Part shown: in pieces, positions 11,307 through 21,986 of the stretch
Position numbering within the stretch: the stretch's first letter is position 1
Layout: every line of letters begins with the position of its first letter
Assembly (NCBI GenBank): GCA_965655095.1
Contig: OZ296652.1
Location: 71,362,001-71,426,000, forward strand
DNA from: Haplodiscus bocki
Lineage: Eukaryota
DNA length: 64,000 nt
Reading direction: 5' to 3'
The notes under the pieces: generated by a model
Seen by the model: only the letters and a program-made list of their open reading frames with translations
Database searches by the model: none
What the model was told of the DNA's origin: nothing
Made by a program: the position numbers and the translations under genes

Positions 11307-13991
11307 TGTTGGAGACCGGTAACAATGTTGGATTTGCACATTTTGAAACCTCAAAAAATCGTTGACATGCCTCAGCCGGATATCAACGAAGCTTCTCTAT
11401 TCGTTAACCCCCCCCCCCCCCGGTATCGGAATTTGATACTTTTGCTTCGCGAACGGCACACCTTGCTTCCTAAGAGTTCACTTTTTGACTCCTTTTGCAG
11501 GATCACCATACTTGGTGTTCCTTGGCGCAAAGTTTACAGTACTTGGTCATAACCTTGGAAAATACGAGAGCTCGGAAAAACTGAGCGCTGGCCGCCAACC
11601 GAAGGAATCATAACTTTCCTGATCGCTTACCGTCAACTCCCCACTCCAAAAGCAAAAACCACTAAATTCTCAACTTTCTTCTAAAATTTTGGAAATTTTG
11701 GAAATTTCTCAACTCTCTTCTTCTGAAATTTTGGAAACATAGAAACTTGAAACCGCTACAAAAATTCTGCCTTTTCGATATTGGAAATTTTTATAGCTTT
11801 GGGAAAGAGACAACTATGCAAAGAAACTCAAATATTCCAATTGTTGGAAAGGGAGTAGACTGTTGCCAACAACCTATTGACTATAAATCTAGTTTCATCA
11901 TTTGGAATAAAATGAAATGTTAGTATCTAAAATGACTAACCCTGGTAGAGCACAACTCGCCAGATGAACCTAGTTAATTAAGATAGGGTCCGGCGGCAGA
12001 TACTCTGAAGAAGAGTTGCCACGGAATTTGCTCTGAACAAGAGCTCAATGAAACTTTCCGATACCTAAAAGAAATCGCTCGATGTTTCTTCCATTTGGGG
12101 TTGTTACTTTTTTTTGGCTGCCTCCATTGAAGTGAATTGATGCTGAGTCTTAGATAAAATTACTTACCAACCCAGTTTCGATCAGAATCAGGTTCATTGG
12201 TTAACCGATGGTAATTGCCTGAACCTAGGAGAAATCGCACGGTTGCTACGCCATAAAACGAGTTACCGTAACTTAATTACTAACCCAAAACTTCTGATCG
12301 GAACTGAGCCAGCGGTCAACAAAATCACTAGATTTTTTTCTACGGGTTCACAACTGGCCTAGGAGATATCGCTAGGTTGATTCGTCACGCGAATTACTTA
12401 GCCTTAGCTAAACTGACTTCGAAGTTCACTTTAAAAGAACTCTGTTAGAAAAGACGGATGACTTTATTGTCCGTTCTAGCACAAACTTAAAGCGAATCGA
12501 TGGTGCTCAAAGGCAACTCTACTCCGACAAGGTTAGAAAAGACATTGCTTATTCTTACTGGAGCTACTAATAATTTCGTATTTCATTTTCGCGTCAGTTA
12601 AAAGTGCGTGCTACATTCTTTTCTTTGAATTTTAGTTGAAAATTTTAGTTTCATAATTTTGACATTACATTTCTGGGTGTTGATAAAAATTGATCGAACA
12701 GAGTTGAATGGTAATGTTGCTAACGCTCTTACTTTGAATGAAATTAGAAAAGAGTGAAATTTGAACCAAATCTTCTGCGCTTAAAACAGTACCGTCCCCC
12801 TGGTGAACTCTCTACCAAGTTTGACATTACAAGTATTGTATTTGAAGCCATAACTTTCCGAGTTTATATAACAGAACTGCTTGCGTTGAATAAATTTTTG
12901 ACAAATTCTCTAATCACCCAATAGCAATTCACTAAGTCCTTGCCAGCGCATTCACGCTCTATTTTGTTCACGCGAGCCGGCAAGGCAACTTTGAGACTTA
13001 AGTTTGTTTAATCAGTAACGGCCGCACACCAGAAATATGACAAGTCTTTGACAACATAAAGCATGAACCGAAATCTGCCACTCCGCGAAACATACTGGTG
13101 CAATCAGTGAGGCCAAATCATTTTTTGTGATGATGCTTTGAGTGAAGTTTACGAGTTTTTCAATTCTGTTGTGCTACCTCCTCCTGGCCTGTTAATTTCA
13201 GTTTTGGTCATTTTCCTAACTGTAAATTATAAAATCACAATTGGATCTCTACTCTTGGTGCTAGTGAGACTGAGTATTTTATATCGACACTGGATTTCTC
13301 CGAGTGATCACGTACGAATTTAAGTTGAGTGACCGTGGATGAGACGTGACTTGATTGTAGCTCTTTATTTTCTCTTTTTCACGATAGACCCCTCCTATTG
13401 ACCCCACCTTATCTTCTCGCTGTGATACGATTGGAACGAATCATAATTTGACAGAACTGTGATTCCTGACGTGGATGAACGACCTCCTGAATTCTAAAAA
13501 ACTCGATTCTTTTTGTATCCTCTTATCTCAACTCTTCTGAATGAGACATAACCTCATCCTAATCTTGTATTTTTATCTCTTGCAATCCTTATTCTACTTT
13601 TGGGACCGGGATATCTTTTATCTGTAGTTCAATTAATGCTACTCATTAAAAAACTCAACAACCATATTTGAATGCCACATACGGCAAACCAAAACTCATT
13701 TGTGAACTCTCTACCAAGTTTGACATTACAAGTATTGTATTTGAAGCCATAACTTTCCGAGTTTATATAACAGAACTGCTTGCGTTGAATAAATTCTTGA
13801 CAAATTCTCTAACCACTCCATAGCAGTTCACTAAGTCCTTGCCAGCGCATTCACGCTCTATTTTGTTCACGCGATCCGGCAAGGCAACTTTGAGACTTAA
13901 GTTTGTTTAATCAGTAACGGCCGCACACCAAGAAAGTGACAAGTCTTTGTCAACAAAAGACATGGACCGAAGTCTACCACCCCGCTCGACA
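11307..13991 (+). repeat. Putative long 3' LTR region
   Basis: Purine tract GAAGGGATAG (11296-11305) precedes TGTTGG; ends ...CTCGACA; contains TATA- and AATAAA-like motifs. No 5' LTR in the window to confirm. Confidence 0.5.
12803..13991 (+). repeat. Pair of ~290-bp direct repeats (12803-13092 and 13702-13991)
   Basis: Near-identical GTGAACTCTCTACCAAG...CACACCA blocks, each with TTTATATAA and AATAAA and ending in CA. Confidence 0.95.
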
Positions 13992-15754
13992 GTTTTTTAT
14001 TCAAATAAATTGTTTCTCAAACCCATCAAATAATCATAAATTTTTCTTGAGTCCCCACGGATAACTTAACTTGCACATTTCTCGTCGTGCAAAGTGGGTT
14101 TCTACATCGTTTTGCACATTTTCAAGGTTTTTAAATTCACGTGTAAATGGAGCATTTCTGCGTTTTAAAGCAGATGTGCTAGAGCCAAAATATCTGCTGA
14201 AGAAGCTTTTACAAAGACTCAAACCTCTCTGATTTTTTCTCGATTTGAACTTGGGGTAAAATATTGGAAAAGTTTTAGTGAGCGAGGTAACTGAAGCCAA
14301 AATGTTTTTTCTTTTTGTGACAATACATTTAAATTAAATAATCCGGGCGCCACTTGAAAGACAAAAATCGTTGTTTTGAACGAAATGGTGGGTTTTGAGA
14401 GAAAAGAGGACGTCGCTAGTTTTTGGTTAAAAAAATGTCTCATAATGCCAAAAACTCCATATGGGGACCCTTTGATGATGCTTTTCTAGTACTGGTTGTA
14501 CTGGTTGATGGCCTTTAGTCGAGGTCACTCTTACTTGCGATTGCACTTCATCTGTCGAATACTTGTGAAGAAAAGTAGCAACTCTGATAATCTGTGACTT
14601 TTGATAAACTGAAAACGATTCTGAGCAAGGTCAGTAAGAATTTAATTGGTTAATATATTGAGGATTGTAATTAAATTTGGAAACTATGCAATTTGGTTGA
14701 AATTTAAAGATAAAATTAACGATTTGATCTGTCTTCGAAGTAAAAAATGAAAGTTGAAGTTGATGTTTCAGTCTACAATTTTTTTTCAAAGTTATTTCAC
14801 CGAGATAGTTGCACAAATGTTCAAAAGTATGGAAGAAACAAAAGTTCTGTCATCTGCTGAAGTTGCAGCATGCATTAATTGTTTCTTTTCATCGTGGTTC
14901 GTTGGTATTGAGTTGCACCACGTGCTCTTCTTACCAATGTTCCAACTGATTAGGGCAAATTACGAAACATGAAAATAGAATAAAAAAATTTTGACAAAAA
15001 ATCTAGTGACAAACACGAGTATAACGAGAATCTGTTGTTCACTTCAAGAAGAAACTCAGCATGAAGATGTGGATGAATTGTTTTTCATTACTGCACATTG
15101 AAAATAAAAAGGAAGGTTATGCTTACTTGACTTGGTTCCAGGCAAAGTTTTCAGATCAAGTTTGAAAGCTTTTTCAAGTACATAAAAACGTTTATTTTTC
15201 CGAAATTCAAACATGCTTTAATGATAAAATTACAAATTTCAAGTCAACAGTACAACGCTTGTTTACAAAATGGCCACAAACTCTTCCAGTATCTTTTTAT
15301 TTTTTGGTAATAGTTGGATTCATTTCACTATAGCCATATTTTTGTTTTTTTTTTTCATAAAAAAACTATATTCACTATCCTATTAGATTCAGTAGATACT
15401 GTCATCATAGAATATAAATCAACGATCAAATTATCCGAAAGAAGCGCAGACCTGAACTTTCAACATAACATGAAAAGTTGTTGAAAGTGTCATTCAGTTG
15501 AATGACGCCAATTTGAAGAGCTTCAAAATTCAGTCACAAGCTCTCAAGAGTATGCAAGATTATGGGTAAAATATCAAGACATTCATATAAAACAAGCAAT
15601 ATTAATATTAATTCAAGTTTTTTTTTGTTTTCACTGTTACAGCAACGTGAATTCAATGAGATAAATATGTACCAGTTGACGATGTAAGAAATTTCGAGAA
15701 TGTTCTAGAAGGTTTTTGCACAAGAAGTTGAAGATATGTTAGAGATGAGAGGTT

Positions 15755-16906
15755 TCAAGCGTCTGCTTCTTTCGTGAAGCAAGTACTAGCCAATCGCCTT
15801 TCTCGAACGGATCTGGATTCTCGTTTGAGGATGATTACTCTGGTGTCTTCTCGGAATCTGTCACTCAGGACGGCGTAGACTATGGGGTTGAGGGCAAAGT
15901 TGAGATAGTACCCCAACTGGGCTGTTTTTATTGACTGGGAAAAGAACATACGGGTGTTGAAGAAACTTTCGGGGCTGGCAAAGAAGACAAAATTGATGAT
16001 AGAACTGGGAACAAAACAAAAGATATAGACCAGAGTGACGCAGATGAGAATCTTGACAGTCTTGTCTCTCATTTCCTCCATAATATGTCGAGGTTTCTTT
16101 TCCTGCGATGTCGACGTCCCGGGATTGTTGCTCGCTTTCGATTTCAACTTCCTGTCTGATTCTACAGGATCAGCAGGTGTGATCTCATTGTCGTCGGTTG
16201 CTACGACAATAATTCCGCCTGTCCCGTTTCGAGTGGGCGGGACTTTGTTGTTTGTTTGTTTATTTGTCATAGCCATCGAAGCTTTCTTCAGTCTTTGTTC
16301 ACGAGCCTTTCTTGCTTGCGCGTTTACAGTCATGTACACTAAGGTGTACAGAATGATGATTAGAATCAGGACTCCAAACAGAACAAGAGGATACACCAGG
16401 TGAGCCACCAAAATTAAAGTGGGTGCAAGCACAGGGAATGCGGATAGGATCACAGCCAGCAAAATTGAGCCGACACTCATCAGAACAGCCTTGGTTGGGT
16501 TCATGAGATAATGTGTGGCCCAACATATTGCGAGGTACCTGTCGATTGCAATGCTTAGGAACAGCAAAGCTGAAGAACATTCTAAAAACATGCTGAAGAA
16601 TAAGAGATAGTCAGGGGGCTCGTTGCATGTTGCAGTGTCGGACCACACGGTGTAGATTTCCCAAGGAATGAAGAAGAGGGAACCAAAGAGATTGATAGCA
16701 GCCACACACAGCATGAATATTTCATGGGGGCATTTGCTCTTTTTCAGGAGGTAGACTGCAGTTATGAGTGAATTTGCACAAGCTCCGATCACAGCTGCAA
16801 CTGTTAGGTATGCAATAACGAGACTGCATTCTATTGGGGTGTAAGCAAGTCCCGCAAAAGGGTGTGGCGTAGAAGCAGGTGTGATCTCAGCAGAAGTTCC
16901 GTTCAT
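15755..16906 (-). CDS. Class A (rhodopsin-like) GPCR, 383 aa, intronless CDS, orphan
   Basis: Seven hydrophobic segments, N-terminal NGT sequon, TM1 Asn, IAIDRY, TM6 CFVP, NPIVY, helix 8 SDRFR; uninterrupted ORF. Confidence 0.95.
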   Translation of the reverse strand: MNGTSAEITPASTPHPFAGLAYTPIECSLVIAYLTVAAVIGACANSLITAVYLLKKSKCPHEIFMLCVAAINLFGSLFFIPWEIYTVWSDTATCNEPPDYLLFFSMFLECSSALLFLSIAIDRYLAICWATHYLMNPTKAVLMSVGSILLAVILSAFPVLAPTLILVAHLVYPLVLFGVLILIIILYTLVYMTVNAQARKAREQRLKKASMAMTNKQTNNKVPPTRNGTGGIIVVATDDNEITPADPVESDRKLKSKASNNPGTSTSQEKKPRHIMEEMRDKTVKILICVTLVYIFCFVPSSIINFVFFASPESFFNTRMFFSQSIKTAQLGYYLNFALNPIVYAVLSDRFREDTRVIILKRESRSVRERRLASTCFTKEADA

Positions 16907-18652
16907 TGCTGCAGTCCTAAACGATTCAAAGTAAGTTTTGATTGATAGCCTTAAAGGCTTTGAGAGGTCTTAGCTTCAATCACAAAAATTTGATAGATTT
17001 TCAACGGAAGTTGAAAAGCTTTGAATAAAAAATTTTATAGTGACCTTACATAATATTTTATGCGCCAACTTCAGATAAATCAGCTGAACAGCAATTCAGA
17101 TAACAGGGTGAAATACGGAAACGCTTCTCTGAATTTTTATGATAATTGGCAAACTCAAAAGTATGTCAATTTTCGAAATTTTCTGCGCATCACAAACAAT
17201 ACCCACAGACACACTGCAACGTTTTCTGTCAAAGAGGTGTAGAAATGGTTGATCGAACACACAATAAAGGATTTTCGACTGAATAGATAGTTGTCGATTG
17301 AGATTTTCTTGGAAGAAATCAAGACGAGAGCTTTAGAAAATGATGAGTTTTAATATCGACGAAATAACAACAAGACGTCCGGCTAGCACGGGCATATTTT
17401 TCGCCCAATTACAAATTTTCTGGTCAAAAATTGTTTGGGAAACTTTGTTTGAGTATCAAGACGAATCAGACCAATATTCATTTTTGGCTAGTTTCGCCCA
17501 ACAAGTTACCGTTGCCAGGAAATAAATGCCTTGTCTGGCAGTCAAGTGATTTTTAGGAGTAGTAAAGTGTTGATTCATACCCTAATGGACGAAATACAGC
17601 CAGTTCCTTTGGAGAACAAATGGTTTGGTTCCCAAGTAAAATCGAAAACTTTTGCGCTCTCCCGCCTTTTCGGTCTTAAAATTTTCCGATGTCAGAAACA
17701 TTTGCGAAAGAATTGCTATTGAACAATGCTCTACAATAGCAAAGTTGTTGACTGAGAACTCAATGTGAGAAATTTAAAGGGTAGTTTTTGAAAAACTCGA
17801 CATTGAAAATCCAGACATTTCATGGATAAGCAACCATTGGCACTTTTTCCCTATCCAGTTTGCGTTGCCAGGAACCAAGCGCAACAATTTACATGCCTGA
17901 ATAGTTTTTAAGGGTAAACAAACAGTCAACTGATACCCTGATGAACAAAGGGCAGTAAATAATTTTTTTGAAATGCGTTTTGTTTTTCGCCAGGAGTTAA
18001 AAACATCCACATTTTGGCTATATCGGCTCAAAAGTTTGCCATACAATGACATTTTTCAGGAATGTCATACTTGAGCAAATTTCTGAATATTGACGTTTGA
18101 TGATGGGGGCCTTGATAGCAGATATCCAGAAGGTTGTTTCCAAAACAGTCCCGTTTGTTTATCAAGATTGTTCAATTAAAGCTGAACTTCTTGACAATTA
18201 ACCGTATGAGGTTTCCGTTCTGAAGAACGAAACACAACATTGGACAATCGAGACGGAATATACAAGTATGAAAACGTCGACTGAGGCATTGACTGGAAAA
18301 ACGTAGTTGGCAGTTCTGGCGAGATTCAGGTGCGATTTGCGAGTAAAATCAAATCATATGAACAGTTTTCAGCAAACTCCTTTTCTTGAGCTTCTGATGG
18401 GAGAACAGGGATCAAACAATTTGTTTGTCAAAGACGTTTTACAAATTGGAAACTGTCAATTGACACATTGATGGAACGGTTATAGCCGGTAGTATCGAAG
18501 AAAAATTGTTTTTATTACCAAGGTTGATCATACGGCAGTTCTTGCTTTTTTTGGTCAAAATGGTTTCTTTTAGATAGTTCAAATGGCAATACATGTATAT
18601 CTCAGACCATTAGAAAAGGTGACAAAACTAGAGCAGGGCTCTGTTGATGAAA

Positions 18653-18776
18653 TTTGGCAGGTAGTTCCGAAAAAATTTAGGCTTGAATTTCCATTAAGTT
18701 CATTACCTGTCCAGTTTTTGGCAGGTAGTTCCGAAGAAATTAGGTTTGAATTTCCATTAAGTTCTTTTTCTGTCCA
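18653..18776. repeat. 64-bp tandem duplication
   Basis: TTTGGCAGGTAGTTCCGAA...TTGAATTTCCATTAAGTTC...CTGTCCA at 18653 and 18717. Confidence 0.9.
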
Positions 18777-19239
18777 ATATTTTTTTAAAAATAAACTTCT
18801 TGTCTTGAAAGCCAGCTTTCAAAACTGAAGTTTTCCGATAACTTAGGACCTTCAACAGGTGGGAAAATGCCGTTTGTGGCCTACTTGCGGAAAATCCATT
18901 CGGTCGTTTCGGATAAAAATGACTTTGAGTATGGAGGTTGTTAAAAAAACTTCTTTAGTTAGCTTGCTCTGACTCTAAGGATTACACAACGTACAAAATG
19001 ACGTCTTCCTGGGAAAATTTTCACAAATCGTTCTTTTGTGTCTGCGGTTCTGATAGTAAAACAAAATATAGCTTTTTGTGGAATCTTCCACAGAAAAAGA
19101 GTTCAAATTTTCAAAACGGTTTCCATCATTTAAAATGGAGGTATCTAGTTGAAATTTAGCAAAGAGCTTTTTTTCGATTTTTCTTAAGAAGTTGAAAACA
19201 AGTTGAGTTTTTTGATGCAGAATTATGTTGTTTTTACTT

Positions 19240-21430
19240 CAGAAACAGAAAGATTGTAGAGTTTACCGAAAAAAACTGTAATGTAGGACAAAAAAAATTT
19301 ACAAAAAGGTTTCCGGGAAACATGAAACAGGTGGTATAAGATTTTGCACAATCTAAGAGGGGCTACTTTTTGGCGGTGACGCCAAATATATGTGTAATAC
19401 AAGTGAATTTCGCAAACTTTGGAAAAGTAAAAAAAAATGCACCATTGAAAAGACTATTTTGATTTTTGAGTTTTTATGGATGGTCGGTCAAACTGCTGAG
19501 AACCAGTGAAAAATTGACGCTGCTCATCCGATTAGGGCGAGAAATTCTGTGAATCATTGCAAGGTATCACAAAAGATTGTCGGAAAATTTTTGTCGAAAA
19601 GTATTACAGCACTGATCTTTTAGTAAAGGAGCCCTTCTGATATTTCTGGAATTTTTTAGCGTTTCTGGAACTTTATCGCACTGCTTACTAGTCAGGTGCA
19701 AAAAATTTTGATGAACCATAGAAAGTAGTATCACAAAAAGATGTTTAAAACTTTTTAGTGCGTCAGTAACATTCCATTAGCGGGCCGTTTTGGTGTTTCT
19801 GGAAGTTTTTGGTACCACAAAAATATGCGAAATTGGGGTATCGCCATTCTTCAACAAAAAGTTTATTGTCTGACAGTACAGAAATAAGTCCTAGAGGAAC
19901 CTTTCTGTCTTTTGAAAATATTTTGGTACTAAAAAAGTTTTTGCATGAAACGGGGTATCACGAAATTTCGACTGGAGTGTTTTGTCTCACACTACAGAAA
20001 AAATTGTGTAGGGGTTTTTTGTTGTTTGTAAGTACTTGCCTGGGTTTGACAAAAACTTCACTTAAATGTTTGGAATTTTATATACTGGGGAAAACAGTTC
20101 GAAAAAAATTAGAAAAATCCTTGTGTTATTGGAATTAAAAAATCTCAATTACAAAAAATATAAAAAATGTACTTAAAAATTCAGAATTTATTTCATTGTT
20201 ACTGAACTTCGGTGGAAAATAGTTAGTTCAACGAGAGGTGAAAAAAACAATCCTTTACTCTGAATTTGCAATATTGAAGTAAAAAATATTAAGCAAAGGC
20301 TGATCTGATTTGAGTTTTTTTGGTGTATGATGCCGTAATAATAAAACGAAAATACAGGTAGTCCAAGAAAATTTTCTGGAAAAACGTTTTAAACTATTAA
20401 AAAAGAATTCATCCAAGAATTTAGAGAAGTAAAGTTTGGATCGTCCAATATTATCAAAACGTCCATTTCTTGCGATTTTTTTCTACCAAAGTTGGAGCAT
20501 GTTCTGTTGATTCATTTGGTAAGAAGAACAAAAGGAATGAAAAGCAGAAAAACCCAAAATTTTGTCAAAAAAAACTGTAGTGTGGAACAAAAGGAATAAA
20601 AATTGAATAAAAGTTTCAGGAAACATCAAACCACCTGGTAGAAGGTTTTGTAAAGTGTAAGTTAGGGCTACCTATCCGCGGTGATGCCGCTTATATAAGT
20701 TATACAAGAGGCTTTTAAATCTGCTAAGGGAAGTTTGTTTGACATTCGCAGATTCTGGAAGAGGAAAAATTGAACCACTGAAAAGACTATTAGCTTTTTC
20801 GAAAAATTATGGACGGTAACAAAAACAAGTTGATAACACGTCAATGTCGACGCTGCTTGTGTAGCCGGCTCGAATGCTTCTGTGAATCGTACAAGGATAT
20901 CGCTAGAACTTGTTGAGAACTTTGTGTCTCGAAGTATTACGCTACCAAAAAAGTGGGGGACACCTTTTGGTTTCTCTGGATGTTTCTAGTGTTTCTGATA
21001 GTTTCTGACGCTATTAATTTGTCGGGTTTGAAAGGTTTGGTGAACCCTCGTTGGTAAACCGTCGTTGGAGTATCACAAGAGGTTGTCGAATACTGGAGCA
21101 AACTGGTGAGATGGCCATTTTGGTGATTCTGAAAGTTTCCTGTATCAAAAACTTGCAAAACGGGGCTATCACGTTCACTCATCGAAAATGTTTTCGTGTG
21201 ACAAAATCAAAAAATTCCATAGGGGAACCCTTTTGTTGTTTCTGGAAGTTTCTGGTGACGAAAAATTTTGTGCATAAGAGGCGGTTCCACAATGTTTCGT
21301 TGAAGAAGTTTCATCTCGCAGTACTGAAAATTTTCGCTGAATCGAAATTCTGGTGTTTCTGAATACTTGCCCGTGCTTAGCATAGACTGTCTTTCTATTC
21401 ATTCAAAAATTCAGCATGCTGGGAAAAACA
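19240..21430. repeat. Diverged compound repeat (~1.3-kb duplicated unit with GGGGTATCAC/TTTCTGGAA sub-repeats)
   Basis: GGGCTAC...GCGGTGA.GCC...ACCA.TGAAAAGACTATT...TTCTGTGAATC occurs at ~19360-19555 and again at ~20665-20890. Confidence 0.65.
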
Positions 21431-21659
21431 ATAGAGGAAAAATGAGCAAACTTCGCTGTGATCTTGAACATAAAAAAAAGAACAATAAAATTAAAAAAAT
21501 TAATATGAATAAAAAAAATAATAATATTGAAAGATTTTAACTACAAAAGTCAGCATTTTATTTCATAAAGTACCGACTAGAAATCGGCGGGAAATAGGAG
21601 TTTTGAAAGTGTAGAGAGTAAACAATCCTCAATTCATCTAGAAAGATTTAGGGTGAATA

Positions 21660-21830
21660 CTGCGATTCGATCCCGTACCAACCGCTTCAGAACTTTATTG
21701 TCTCAACCATTGTGCCCTTGGAACAATTGGAAGCTCTGACAGAAGTCAGTGAAATAAAACAATGGCACGATAGGGATTCGAATCTTGAATTAATACTTGA
21801 GAAACTTTGGTCCTGACCAAACTGCTGAGA
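21660..21830 (-). repeat. Two tandem tRNA-derived (SINE-like) heads
   Basis: Minus strand shows A-box-like/B-box-like pairs: CAGCAGTTTGG...GATTCGAATCCCTATCGTGCCA and GGCACAATGG...GGATCGAATCG; no intact cloverleaf. Confidence 0.45.
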
Positions 21831-21911
21831 CTTATTTTCAAATAAAACGAGTTGGCAATTATGAATTGAAATAAAAAAACAACTCTGCTGAAAGAATAAA
21901 TTTTTCTATAG

Positions 21912-21912
<1 letters not shown>

Positions 21913-21982
<70 letters not shown>
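21913..21982. repeat. (TA)n microsatellite, ~35 units
   Basis: Perfect TA run. Confidence 0.99.

Positions 21983-21986
<4 letters not shown>

Larger units (their letters stand above)
1..13991 (+). mobile_element. Degenerate env-bearing Ty3/Gypsy LTR retroelement (5' end outside window)
   Basis: Order RT(YIDD)-RNase H-integrase is gypsy-type. It is followed by accessory ORFs, an env-like glycoprotein, a TRAF ORF, a purine tract and a TG...CA putative LTR. Many stops and frameshifts. Confidence 0.9.

Noticed and set aside
12803-13991. Independent TRIM mini-retrotransposon
   Set aside because: No polypurine tract before the second repeat, the 5' boundary is not a shared clean TG and no TSD is visible; kept as part of the larger LTR region.
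16035-16580. ORFs overlapping the GPCR (16035-16403 +, 16299-16580 -)
   Set aside because: Shadow frames of a real CDS; no motifs.
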